This document shows, piece after piece, positions 34,275 to 46,378 of a DNA stretch of 64,000 nucleotides (position 1 is the stretch's first letter; each line of letters starts with the position of its first letter). Both the position numbers and the translations under genes were made by a program. Origin of the DNA: Chrysemys picta bellii (Eukaryota); the NCBI RefSeq assembly GCF_011386835.1, contig NC_088791.1:8804001-8868000 (forward strand), read 5' to 3'. Under the pieces are notes generated by a model, which made no database searches, had not been told where the DNA came from, and saw nothing but the letters and a program-made list of their open reading frames with translations.

Positions 34275-34427
34275 GTCTGGAAATCTGTATTTTCCACTGC
34301 ATGCATCCGATGAAGTGGGTTTTAGCCCACGAAAGCTTATGCTCAAAAAAATTTGTTAGTCTCTAAGGTGCCACAAGTACTCCTGTTCTTTTTGCGGATA
34401 CAGACTAACACGGCTGCTACTCTGAAA
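34275..34427 (+). mobile_element. Penelope pLTR 3' fragment without inversion
   Basis: Ends GCGGATACAGACTAACACGGCTGCTACTCTGAAA like the 24-kb element; no TSD found. Confidence 0.92.
34303..34342 (+). ncRNA. Minimal hammerhead motif
   Basis: GCAT-CCGATGA-A-GTGGGT(TTTA)GCCCAC-GAAA-GC-TT^ATGC. Confidence 0.78.
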
Positions 34428-35663
34428 TTTGAGAGAAAGTCTAGGGTCATCTGTGCCCGATTCTGATCCCAGTTATAATCATGTAAAGCAACTGGCTTCA
34501 CAGGAGTTCTTCCCTATTCCCACTGGTGTATCTGAGAGTGAAATATGGTCCTGTGAAGTTTATAGCATCCAAAGTCTAACTTTATTCCATTTCTATCTCT
34601 AGATACTATTACCATGTTACCCCTGGTGGAAGAATCAAAGCAACAATTGCCTGGTAAACATCCACCACCACAGAACTAACAGTTGACTTGCCAACACTGA
34701 ACTGTTTAGCCATAAATCTGTAATAAACCAGCAGGGTTTTTCCTCTCTCTCCATGTCACACTGCCACTGTGATGCCTCTCTGGATGACTATTCAGAAATG
34801 ACTGACAATATTGCTCTAATTCACTGGTGCTGGGCTCTTTGATTATTCATGACGACCAACATACTTATTTACTGGCAAAGACAAGCCAGGGACACCAGTG
34901 AATTATGACACGGCTCCCAGCATCAAGTTGAAAATCATCCCAGTGGAGCATATTTTAAGAAATTTGCATTGGAAGGAGAAGACTTCCCAATTCTCCACAA
35001 ACAAAATTAACCCAGCATTCAGCATCTTTATTCTCGTCTGAACTCCTGCTTTATAAAGATAGTGAAGGGAGCTGGGCCTTTTGAGGCACTTATTTATTCA
35101 TCATGTAGTACATCTCATCAGATAAATCTACATACACACACAGAGAGGCCTTTTCCCTTATAGCACTTCAGTGTGAAGAGAAAATTCTGGCTCTGCTACA
35201 TTTAGCGCAGTATGAGATATGAAACCAATGCACCATGCTGCTCCCCCCACATAAATGTTCCCTTCAATTCATCCTTCTAAGCACTTCATCCTTCCAAGTT
35301 ACATAAATTGAGTTCCATGCAGTTTACTGGCAGGGAGAAAGGGGGTGGTTTGGCATCTTTCTGATTAGGCCTTAAAAGCCCAGGTCCTCTCGGCACCTTG
35401 TGGACTCTGACTACACTGTGCCCCCTTCTATAAGAATGGGGTCTTGCTCTTGGACAAAATTTCTTCTTTTCCCACCACTGTGTAGCATGCGGTCTATTTA
35501 TTACTCTCCACCCAGTGCTGGCTACATTACAGTACATAGTATACATTTCATATATAATATGCAGTGCAGTCTGGGAGCTTCTGGAATGAAATGGGCTGCA
35601 TCAATGTAAACAATTTTTATATGGCGGCTTCTGTAACTGGTGCCATTTATACTATAAACTCCC

Positions 35664-37136
35664 TGTATGGAGCCAGGGTGGCTTCCCTCCGAACCTGAGG
35701 GTAAAGAGCCACTCTCTCAGCCTGAGGGGGCGGGGCCAGACCAAGCTTACTCCGCCTCCCGGAAGGGGAGAGGTGGAATAGGAAGTACAAAGGGCGGGGG
35801 GCCCTTACCCCGGTCAGGGCAGCACCAGGGAGGGAGGCAGACGCAAACCGCTGGCTGTTCCCTTCAGACCCTGCTGCCGGTCCCTGGACCAGGAGAAACC
35901 TGACCTGGAGGAAGGACAGGGGCTACCAGGACTGCCCGCTGCTGAGTACCCAGAGGAACTGGAGGAGCCTGAGATGGAGTGGGAGCTGGAGCTGCCAGCA
36001 GATGAGTACCCGGAGGAGCTGGAGGGACCGGAGGGACTCGCTCGAAGGATCGGGTAGGAAGGAGCCCAGGGACAGAACTGCACAGTGCAGTGAGTCTATT
36101 TGGTCAGCGTGTTGCGGAGGGACCCTGCTGACCCAGTGGTGGGACCCTTGCCCTGCCACTGTCAGGGCCCTGGGCTGGAACGCAGTGGAGTTGGGTGGGC
36201 CTGCGTTCCCCTACCCCGGCCAGCCCGCCTCGGGTAGCAGAATCCCGACAGCGCTATAGACTCTCGCTGGCGCCCCCCTGCCTGAGGGGCGCACTATAGA
36301 CTCTCGCCTGCACCCCCCTTGCCTGAGGGGCGCTATAGACTCTCGTTGCCGCTCTCCCTGCCTGAGGGGCGCTATAGACTCTCTCCGGCGCCCCCCTGCC
36401 TGAGGGGCGCTATAGACTCTCGCCGCCGCTCTCCCTGCCTGAGGGGCGCACTATAGACTCTCGCCTGCACCCCCCTTGTCTGAGGGGCGCTATAGACTCT
36501 CGCCTGCACCCCCCTTGTCTGAGGGGCGCTATAGACTCTCTCCGGCGCTCCCCTGCCTGAGGGGCGCTATAGACTCTCTCCGGCGCTCCCCTGCCTGAGG
36601 GGCGCTATAGACTCTCTCTAGCGCTCCCCTGCCTGAGGGGCACGCTATAGACTCTCGCCGGCACCCCCCTTGCCTGAGGAGCGCTATAGTCTCTTGCTGC
36701 CGCTCTCCCTGACTGAGGGGCGCTATAGACTCTCGCCACCGCTCTCCCTGCTTGAGGAGCGCTATATACTCTCTCCGGCGCTCCCCTGCCTGAGGGGCAC
36801 GCTATATACTCTCGCCGGCGCCCCCCCCGCCTGAGGGGCGCGCTATAGACTCTCGCCGGCGCCCCCCCTGCCTGAGGGGCGCGCTATAGACTCTCGCCGG
36901 CGCCCCCCCTGCCTGAGGGGTGCTATAGACTCTCGCCGGCGCCCCCCCTGCCTGAGGGGGGTGCTACAGACTCTCGCCGGCGCCCCCCCTGCCTGAGGGG
37001 CGCGCTATAGACCCTTGCCGGTGTCCCTCCCTCCACTAATTCCCTAGTGGCAGACTGCATGACGCAAGCCGGCCAGTGGGACAGTAGCTCCCCACCACCC
37101 CCTAGCGGCTTGGTGGGCCAAACGACGCAGGTCACA
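35664..37136 (+). mobile_element. Solo LTR (Gypsy- or ERV-type)
   Basis: TGT...ACA termini; exact 5-bp TSD CTCCC (35659-35663, 37137-37141); GC-rich; orientation inferred from a TATA-like GTACAAA at about 35785. Confidence 0.85.
36251..37030 (+). repeat. CpG-rich minisatellite, 20 units of 38-41 bp, inside the LTR
   Basis: Unit approximately GCGCTATAGACTCTCGCCGGCGCCCCCCTGCCTGAGGG; 19 full units and 1 partial counted by hand. Confidence 0.97.
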
Positions 37137-37284
37137 CTCCCCCATACAACAAATTGTGCTATGAACAATATGGTATCTGGATTCTGGGCACATAACATTT
37201 ACTCTCAGAAATGTACTTTGATTCCCTATATGCATTGTTCCTCCTTCTGGTCTTTTTAATAAGCAGGTGAAAGGTTCCCTGGAA

Positions 37285-37520
37285 TATTAGCTAGAACATA
37301 GGGCTGGGTATCAGGAGACCTGCTGATCAAATCCTACATCTACCAACAACTCCCTGGGAGATCTGGAAGGAGTCACTTCTTCTAGGTGAGCTTCAGTTTC
37401 CCCTTCAGTAAAGTGGCATTAATGATATTTACTTCCTTTGCAGTGCTGTTGTGAGGCTTAAGTAATGTTTGCAAAGTGCTGTGAGCTCCTGAGAGAGAAG
37501 GCACTGTAGAAAAGCAGAGT
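37285..37520 (+). mobile_element. MIR/CORE-SINE
   Basis: GGCTGGGTATCAGGAGACCTG...CTTCAGTTTCCCCTTCAGTAAAGTGG...GTTGTGAGGCTTAA...TGTTTGCAAAGTGCT. Confidence 0.7.
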
Positions 37521-37914
37521 ATAATTATTATTATTACTCGCATCAAGGTAAAAGAGCTTTCTGAAAAATGCACAGCACTCTGCTTCTCTGATTTTGTTTC
37601 AGCAAGTACAATGCTTGGCTAATGGGGAGAGCAGAGAGCTATAATGCAGAGCAAGCTAATATGAACACTCAGAGCAATACATTCAGCCTTTAACCTGGTG
37701 CCTCACTTTGATTATCTGTATGTTTTCTATGATAATGGAGTTGCTACTGAAATACTTTTTGTTTTTATGCACTTTGAGGATCCACAGAACTGAAGCAAGG
37801 TGCAGCGCAAGCACACACGGGGCAAGCTTCTCCCTGCACTAGATAGCAATGCTGCACTGCATCACACCCCACTGCAACTCTTATTCCAATCTAAGCCCCC
37901 GCCTCTCTGCCAAG

Positions 37915-38034
37915 TAGGGTGATCCGATTTTATAGGGACAGTCCCGATTTTTGGGTCTCTCTCTTATATAGGCTCCTATTACCCCCCCCCTGCTCCCTGT
38001 CCCAATTTTTCACACTTGCTGTCTGGTCACCCTA
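37915..38034. mobile_element. hAT MITE, 120 bp (TAGGGTGA...GGTCACCCTA)
   Basis: Exact 8-bp TSD CTGCCAAG (37907-37914, 38035-38042). Confidence 0.93.
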
Positions 38035-39313
38035 CTGCCAAGGCACCACAAACCCTGACCTGCAGCACTCCGAACTATTCCAATCCTAGCCTGCACTTGA
38101 GCAAAGCCCGTGCGTTGTGCCAAACAGCCCTATGTTTCACTGTGGGTTTGTGATGTTGGTGATTATCCAAAGAAACAGCTGAACTAAGTTACCTACTGCT
38201 GATTCAGGTACAATTTAAACCCAAGACTGCAGAAGCAAAAGATGAATGTACCAAGCATGTCCAAAAGGGGCTCTGCAGTATGTTTATTTACAAGAACCTA
38301 AGGCAGATGCAACGGCTGTGAGCATAGTCTAACAGTCAGAGCAGGGAGCTGTGGGTCAGGCCTCTTGAGTCCTATTGCCAGTTCTGCTGCCGACTTGCTA
38401 TGTGACTATGGACAATGCCTCAGTTTTCCTGCCTATAAAATGGGTAGAATATTTTTCAACTAATCAACAATATATCCGGCACTGTAAAAGACAGAAAATA
38501 CACACAAAATGCAGGTAGCCCCTACTTCAAAGAGCTTACAATTTAAGCAACCTTGAAAATCAATCTATACTAACCCACGGCTGATCTACAGAGGTGTTGT
38601 GATGCTTAATTAAATGGTGTGTGTAAAACACTTTGGAGACCAGATTTGTAAAGCTATTTGGGTGCCTAAAGATGATGATTGGCAGCTAGTGCGGTATTCA
38701 AAAGGGCCAGTGTGAGTATGTGCATAATAAGGCATTGCTCAAAGAGGGTAGAGGGAAGGTAGGGTTGGCAACTCTGTTTTCCCCCTTTTTCCCCTTTAAT
38801 AGAGTTAGATGGAATGGAATCCCATGGGTGAGAGTGATGGTTGTAAAAGGAGGTGAAGAGCTTGTACATTTCAGTGACAGTGGGGTTGGCCAAGTAAAGG
38901 CATGTGTGTGTGTTAACAAAGCATATTGGTGCACTGCTGCAAGAGGGCAAAGTGAAGGCTGAATAGACAACCTTAACTGTGCATTTGCTGGATTTCAGAA
39001 GTTAAGAGTTTTGCTCTCAACATTCTGCAAGTGTACGACATACCACCAAGCAACCTTCACTCTACGTTAATGTAACTGTTTCCCATCAAATGGTAAATCC
39101 TCTTTTTCCCCCTTGAATGCCTTATTAAATGAGGTTTGTTGATGACCGTATCTAGAATGCATAACAGATCAATAGTTTATGCTACTTTCTGAACAGAGTA
39201 GCTTTTAAAAATTAATTATTATTAGTATTATTTTTAAATCTGATCTGGTGGCACATTCTTGCATGTTGAAATCCCACAACTCCTCAGTATGGACTCCTGT
39301 AAAAAGTAGCATA

Positions 39314-39453
39314 NNNNNNNNNNNNNNNNNNNNNNNNNNNNNNNNNNNNNNNNNNNNNNNNNNNNNNNNNNNNNNNNNNNNNNNNNNNNNNNNNNNNNNN
39401 NNNNNNNNNNNNNNNNNNNNNNNNNNNNNNNNNNNNNNNNNNNNNNNNNNNNN
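39314..39453. other. Assembly gap (140 N)
   Basis: Run of N bases. Confidence 1.
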
Positions 39454-39894
39454 TAAAGAGGATGGAAATGCAAAAAAAACCCCTCCATTCGGCTGGGGGT
39501 TTCAAAGCCTATGAATTTGGCGTGGCAGACTTCACGCCTGCAACAACAGACATTATCAGATTAGCTTTGCTACAGTTCTGTGCTCCGCCGCATGCTTTTT
39601 CCAATCAGATAACAACAGACTAATAACTGGCTTTATGTCTGTCAATCCAATTACTTCCTATTTGGTATGTTGCTGACACTCCATTAAATAAGCAGACAGA
39701 TGGCACGATCTTTCATTATCATCCAACTGATTTATTAGCCTCTAGTGCGCATAACCAGGGTGCAGCCAATCAATTATATCAGGCATTTTTTAGTCCAAAA
39801 ACTCATCAGGGCAAATAAAAGGGCTGATACAAAGGAAAATAACCTAAGGTTCCATCAGTGGATGCCTCAGAGACCAATCTATGCATCCATCCAT

Positions 39895-40085
39895 CGAATG
39901 GCACCTAGATAATTATATTTTAATGTAGTTATCCTCCCAACACCCCTGAAATAATAATATCCCCATTTTACAGATGTGGAACTAAGGCACAAATAGATTA
40001 AGGGCTTGCCCCTGGTCACACAACAAGTCTGTGGCAAATCAGTGTCTCCCAATTTCCCAGCTAGTGCCCTAATCAACAGGCCATC
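39895..40085 (-). mobile_element. MIR/CORE-SINE
   Basis: ATCCCCATTTTACAGATGTGGAACTAAGGCACAAATAGATTAAGGGCTTGCCCCTGGTCACACA. Confidence 0.85.
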
Positions 40086-41739
40086 CTTCTGCCTTTGCAC
40101 AGGGCTATAATCCCACCTCCCATATCTGCAAAAGTGTAGTTTCCTCAAGTGCATGGGTGTGGGGGGGAAGGAAGGAGAATGGCCATGTTTGACTTGTGTG
40201 ACTGAGAGTAACTATTGCATTGTGTCACCATGCAGGGAATCACAAGCTTCATCAAGTGTACGATGGGTGACTCAGGGAATGTTCCACTAATAAGCAAGGA
40301 AATGCACAGAAAGGGCAGGGAAAAAGAGGAATTATAAACCTAGCAAAACTCTTTTACTGAGAACTTGGATAAAAAAGCAACTCTGTTTGTAAGTGATGTG
40401 GAAGGAAGACCCAGATTGTTTCAACGTACACAGTGTGAATCTGGATCTGATTAATCTTGGTTTACAGGGAAGCTGATGGTGCAAGTGGGAGGGTCAAGTT
40501 TGTGACTGATGAAATTCTGCTGCTGGGGGATCAAGCCTATTAGTTTGGGAAGGAAACATGACAATGCCCCTTTTAAAGATAGGAAAACTGAGGCACACAA
40601 GTCATTGGATCTGATTTTCAGAGGTGCTAACATCCAGCTGCTTAGTAAATTCAATGAGATACACAGGTGCAACAGCAGTCCTCAGTGACTTGTCCATGGT
40701 CACAGAGAAACATAGCGACAAAGCCAGAAATGGAACTCAGAAGTGCCTGGCTGTGCAGACCAGCAGCCAGGACCTTTCGCTCAGCGAGGAAAGAGAGCGA
40801 CAGAGTCAATGCTGGGGGGACTTGGGCGCCTCCTAGGCTCTCCTCATCACCAAGGATAACAACTGATAGCTTGAAAGGGATCTAGAAACAATCTGTCCTC
40901 TCATTATGAATAATAATGCCCAGAGGGCAGCAAAACTCAGCCTCATAGTTGCAGAAAACAGAGGGGTCATTGCACTAAAATGCACTAAAGGAAGTAAGCA
41001 TCTGTGTGCTAAGACACTCTAAGCAGACAACTTTATAGCTCTTTAATGAGGATTATGCTTTTAAAGTCTTGGTTTGGGGAGAAAACATGGTCATTAACTG
41101 CAGTACCAACTTTCCTAAATTATTCCATTCCTTCCTGATTAAGAAGCATCTATATTCTGCAGCATGCCTGTCTCTGCCTATTCTATCCATCTACAGAGAA
41201 GAGAAGAGATAAACTTAGAGCCACGCCAACATTATGGAAGTTAAATAAGCTTTTATGAAGCCAGTATACTTTCCTTTGGAGGTTTATTGTCATTTATCAG
41301 CCAATTGTAATGACTGTCTATTACTCCGCAAAGTGAATTCAGAAGAAAGGTGTCGTTTTGATGGCTCTGGAGAACAGAGTTTCTTTATTGCCACAAAGAA
41401 GTACAGTATGTATCAGACAGGTGAGCCTCGCCAATGCGAATATGCCTCAGTCCTGACCCAGAGAGACTTCATCCAATGGGTAGAGGCCAGTTCAGTCCGC
41501 ATTGCTAATTAAGTTCTTGATGACTGCTGCTAACGAGGTCACAATTAGTGTCAAGAATAGGGATGATGTTTCTGCAACGTAGACAGCTGACCACAAGGAA
41601 CCAGGCTGAGATCACCAACTAATTTTGCAAAGGATGTGGAAAGTGATGAATTTCAGTCACTACCAACCTGGGTTTTAATGGGCAATCTGACCAGATAAAA
41701 TCCTGCCCAAGTGAGTAGTGGCCAAAATTCATTACTGCC

Positions 41740-41863
41740 TAGGGTGACCAGATGTCCTGATTTTATAGGGACAATCCCGATTTTGGGGTCTTTTTCTCAT
41801 ATAGGCTCCTATTACCTCCCACCGCCATCCCGATTTTTCACATTTGCTGCCTGAAGTCACCTT
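41740..41863. mobile_element. hAT MITE, same family as 37915-38034
   Basis: TAGGGTGACCAGATGTCC.GATTTTATAGGGACA.TCCCGATTTT...; decayed right TIR; no clear TSD. Confidence 0.85.
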
Positions 41864-44439
41864 CCTTTTCCTACATGAAGCACAGGGCACATGAAGAAGA
41901 GAAGGGTGCAAACAACCCATTCACCCTCAAAACAAATGATCATGATTAATAAAATACCACCACCACCTAAGATATCATGGCAACAGAACAGCAGGAAGCA
42001 CAAATGGAAAGAACTGGGCTCCTCTGACACTTTCTTCATCTGCTCCTGCCAGCAGCTGAGCACCTGCAACTCCCAGTCCCACTGAGTTCAGGTACCAACA
42101 CAGCCCAGGAGGCGCTCAGCACCTCCTGGGATCTGGCGGTAAATGGAGCCATGTGTGCTCTCTTGCTGGGCACTGCTGAGTCACGGCTGTTTCGTGTGGT
42201 TAGGAACACAAAGAAGGGGTGCTATAGACAAATGCCAGGTGATGTAAACACAATGTATGTGTGCGATCCAGAGTACAAATCAAGCCAGCCTATGTTCAGC
42301 CATGTACCATTTCAGCCTAATCAGATTCATTATTTGGCTGGCAGAGAAACTCAGCTCAATGGGGCCAAGCGATATTGCTCTTTAAGGTGAAAACAAAGTG
42401 ATCGAAGGCGATCAGCTGTGCTCCAGACTGCAGGTATTCAAAAGCATGTGCCTCATCTAAGGAACCGAACACAAGGGGAAAATGGTGTAATGTTTACTAT
42501 ATGCCCTAGGAGGTACAGTATGGGCAAAACCAATAGGTTTTAGAATTATTTCTATAGTCACTCCTTTAAGTGTTGCGATAAGGCCCAGTGAGCTCATTTT
42601 ATTATAAGAAGGAAGATTAATCAAGGTAATTTTCTTTTAACAGATTCTGAAAAACACAGGAGGAAAAACAGATCCATTATAGTATCAGAGCTGCCCCAGA
42701 TCAAAACATTGTTCATCACGTTCAGCCTCCAGCAGAAGTTAATACTGTAACTGATGCTTGAGAGGAAAGAGGACTCCCATGATAATGACCCATGAACCAA
42801 TCATGCAGTGCTGCAAGAGGCATGGAGTTTCAGATGAGTTAATATAACTGAGGGTTTGGTCATTAAGGAAGTCTCTTCTCACAAGGATGTTTGCCCTCAT
42901 GTCTTAGCCAGTTCCAAACTTCAAGAACTACAATCTGCCTACTTCAATTCCCCCTTGCAGTTTCAATCACATTCTCTATCTTTCTCCACTTCCAGCTCTC
43001 AAACTATTGCGTGTGTGTGTTGCTGAACAAGTGCTGAGTTCCACCCCAGAGGCAGCTGCTTTCCAGCTGTGGGTAGATTCATCCGTACAGGGTCTATAAT
43101 TTGTTAGATTGGGAAAGCTCATGAGGAGGCCTCAGGATGCAAGGCACAGTATAAACGTAAGATGATTTTATCGCCTTGGGGAAAATTCTCTCTTATCCCT
43201 GGCACACGTTCAGCTCATGTCCTGAAGTATGAGGTTTCATTACCCATATAATTACCTTAGTTTGCACAGATACACACAATGCACTCAAGTATCACTTGGC
43301 TTTATAAACATCACATCTCATAAGATGCCACTGCTAGCACAGTCTCAGGGGCTGATATTTGAACACTACTGACTTTGGAATATTCTGCGACAGTCACCAA
43401 GAGTTTAGGGACCCAGAGAATCGCCTCCACGCACACCTGCAATGCAGGAGAATGTAATGGAACCAAATCCATCGGGAATGCTTTATTCTGAGCTCATTAG
43501 CTCATGGGATGAATTCATTCCTGACGGTGCAGGGAAGCATGCTCTGCACCTCTCTTTGCCAGAGAGGCCCCTTCTGACCCAGTGAGTTGAGGGGGATTCT
43601 CCTCTATGGGTTGGCAGGCACAGTCTCCATCATTATTCACCTTTTCCTAGGGAGGGGCACCTTTTGTGGATGTTTGTGGCTCTACAGGAACCACACTAGC
43701 GGAGGATACACAGGGGATGTGCTGAAGCAATGCATTCCCAGCTACTCCCCATCCCCACCCTCTTTTGGGGGTACACTGGCTGCTGTAAGATTGTGGCAGC
43801 TTTCTGAAAATCCATCCTCCCCAGTTAGACTGTCCACTGCCAAGGGCCATGTGGAGCTATGGCTTACAGCTGTAAGGGCTGGAGTACACCGGGGTGAATT
43901 CAGCTTGCTGTCTGACTGTGCTTTGGAAATGTAAATCACTCCCCAAGTGCTATGCATATTACTGTGGTCTTTAAAGTACCATGTACATATTTTGCATTTC
44001 CATATGGCACAATATATCTCAGCCCAAATTCAAACTGAGCTAGGTGAAGCAGAGTTCGAAGGGAGTGAGTGGAAGTGAATACTCAGAGACTAGTAGAGCT
44101 GTCATTCTTTATTAGGGATATATTAATGTATTTTCCCGGTATAAAATACTGTCATCGTAACCATCTGTATTCTAAATTTGTGCTCAGCTTGTTCACATGC
44201 TATTTCAAAAATTCCCTACATTTTTTCCCCAATTACTTTGGGTAGGTTTCTCTCAACTCTACTTCCATTTCTATCTAAGAATGTATATTCCATAATAGGC
44301 TCACTTACGGGATGACAGCAGTTTCAGTGCATGCTCTTTGCCAACAATTCTCTCTTCCTGTAAATGAATTTTTGGTTTTAGGGGTTTTTTAACACTGCTG
44401 TAAGAACCGAGCTATCCAGTCAAAGTGAGCAACTTGCCC

Positions 44440-44620
44440 AAGGCTTAAAGCACAAGAGTTGGAGTTAGACAATGTGGGGTCTAATGCCAGCTCTGGCACA
44501 GACCTCCTTTGTTTCCTTATGCAAAATCATTTCATCTCTCTGCATTTCAGTTTCCTCATCTATAAAATGGGGATAATACCGCTTACCAACCTCACAGGGG
44601 AGCTGATAAGCTCCATTCAT
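44440..44620 (+). mobile_element. MIR/CORE-SINE
   Basis: TTCAGTTTCCTCATCTATAAAATGGGGATAATACCGCTTACC.ACCTCACAGGG. Confidence 0.82.
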
Positions 44621-44633
44621 ATATGTTTACCAA

Positions 44634-44836
44634 GGCCCAGGTTTTCAAAAGTGCATGCTGATTTCGAGTGCTTCACTCTTTGGGGTGCCCACCTTGAGAC
44701 ACCTTAGAGGAGCCCTATCTTCAGAAAGTGCTGAGCACCTGCCCTCTATAATCAGGCCCCTTCTTAGGGTACCCATCACGAGAAACCATAAATTGAGGAA
44801 TCCAACATTATTAGTCACTTTTGAAATTCTAGACCA
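44634..44836. mobile_element. Ancient palindromic-ended DNA-element relic
   Basis: GGCCCAGGTTTTCAAAAGTG...CACTTTTGAAATTCTAGACC inverted termini. Confidence 0.6.
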
Positions 44837-44939
44837 AGGCGTCCTGAGAGCCTTCAATAAAAGGGCAGATTGTTTGTTATTCTCTTGGCAGTTCAAAGTC
44901 TCATCTCTGTATAAAAATGTCAAGGTATTTGCCCATTAT

Positions 44940-45197
44940 GGCTTTGTCTACACTACCACAGGGGTATGTGAAAAAACAGCCCCTGACCAAGGTAAGTTTC
45001 ACTGACAGAAGTGCTGGTGTGGACAGCGCTATGTCAGCAGGAGAGGCTCTCCTGCCGACATAGCTAATGCTGCTCGTTGGGGGTGGTTTAATTATGCTGA
45101 CAGGAGAGCTCTCTCCTGCCGGCAAAGAGCGGCTACATGGGGAGACCTTACAGCAGCGCAGCTGTGCCGCTATAAGGTCCGTAGAGCAGACGTAGCC
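44940..45197 (+). mobile_element. PIF/Harbinger-type MITE, family B
   Basis: GGCTTTGTCTACAC...GCAGACGTAGCC; internal GGAGAG.CTCTCC palindromes; homologous to 55257-55543 in reverse. Confidence 0.82.
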
Positions 45198-45299
45198 TTG
45201 GTGAAAGCAGTCAGATTAACAGCACTGATAACTGAAGTCTCCTATTATCCCAGTACAGCCAGAAGCAGTGCAAGTTCCCCTACACAGCTGTGCCAATGG

Positions 45300-45519
45300 C
45301 AGGGCCGGCTCCAGGGTTTTGGCCAGCCCAAGCAGCCAAAAAAAAAAAAAAAAGCCGCGATTGCGATCTGCGGCAGCAATTCAGCGGGAGGTTCTTCGCT
45401 CTGAGCCGGAGTGAGGGACCCTCTGCCGAATTGCCGCCGAATAGCTGGACGTGCCGCCCCTCTCCGGAGTGGCCGTCCCAAGCACCTGCTTGACAAGCTG
45501 GTGCCTGGACCCGGCCCTG
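45300..45519. mobile_element. hAT MITE (CAGGGCCGGC termini)
   Basis: Exact 8-bp TSD GCCAATGG (45292-45299, 45520-45527); CpG-rich. Confidence 0.94.
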
Positions 45520-46181
45520 GCCAATGGGCCTCAATTGTGAGCTGATAAACTGGCGAGAACACTTCTAGTCGTCAGTGGGAAATTCAGTCTCCAGCCCTAT
45601 AAAGCCTGTGGCCTCTCTGCTAAATGGTGATTTGGGGGGGGGGGGGGGGGTGTTTCCAACCTCAGGGATGCCTTATCTGAGACTTTCCTTTGTGCCTCTC
45701 AAATATTGTGTTGATTGGATTCCTCTCCATTGATACAAATGATGAATATCTTATTCCTAGAAGTCTTCATTTCCGCTCCAGTAGTGATAACTAAGCACAA
45801 GCAGCTGCCACGGCTTGACTTAGCACAAGAAAGAGCCTGAGGTAGGATTGCTCTTATTGCGGCAGAGCAATATCAGATTTCAGTGCTGTGTTAGTGAAAC
45901 GCTCATCATTTACCCATGCAGCCTCTGAACCTGTGTCTTCCAGGACGTACACTACCAGCTCTGATACACGACAGCCCTCCAGACAGAGCCCTGCTGCTGC
46001 TGGCCCTGTGGTTCAGTCATGAGCAGTGGGCTCTCTTGTAAGAGGCAGTCCTTTGGGCATGTTCTGACATGGTGCAGGCGGGAGACATGTTTTTGAAGAA
46101 CCTGGGGGGAGGGGAGGGCGGAGGGGTGATGGGAGTAGTGGAACCTGCGTTAATAGTTGTATGCTACACTATGGAAAGCTT

Positions 46182-46378
46182 CAAAGAGTCCGGTGGCACC
46201 TTAGAGACTAACAGATGTACTGGAGCATAAACTTTCGTGGGTGAATACACGCATGCGTCTGACGAAGTGGGTATTCACCCACAAAAGCTTATGCTCCAAT
46301 ACGTCTGTTAGTCTATAAGGTGCCACAGGACTCTTTGTTGCTTTTTACAGATCCAGACTAACACGGCTACCCCTCTGA
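46182..46378 (+). mobile_element. Fold-back Penelope mini-insertion (different subfamily)
   Basis: 67-bp imperfect arms 46182-46248 / 46271-46337; 41-nt unpaired 3' tail; exact 12-bp TSD TATGGAAAGCTT (46170-46181, 46379-46390). Confidence 0.95.
46255..46294 (+). ncRNA. Minimal hammerhead motif with G12A change
   Basis: GCGT-CTGACGA-A-GTGGGT(ATTC)ACCCAC-AAAA-GC-TT^ATGC; the inverted arm still reads CACGAAA. Confidence 0.7.

Noticed and set aside
35667-36259. Several 78-89 aa ORFs in the LTR
   Set aside because: GC-rich LTR sequence; no gag, pol or env motifs.
36251-37030. CRISPR array or CTCF-site array
   Set aside because: There are no unique spacers and the context is eukaryotic. Units match only the GGGGCGCTA half of the CTCF motif, with wrong spacing of the upstream CC.
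39234-39514. ORFs spanning the N run
   Set aside because: Artefacts of the assembly gap.
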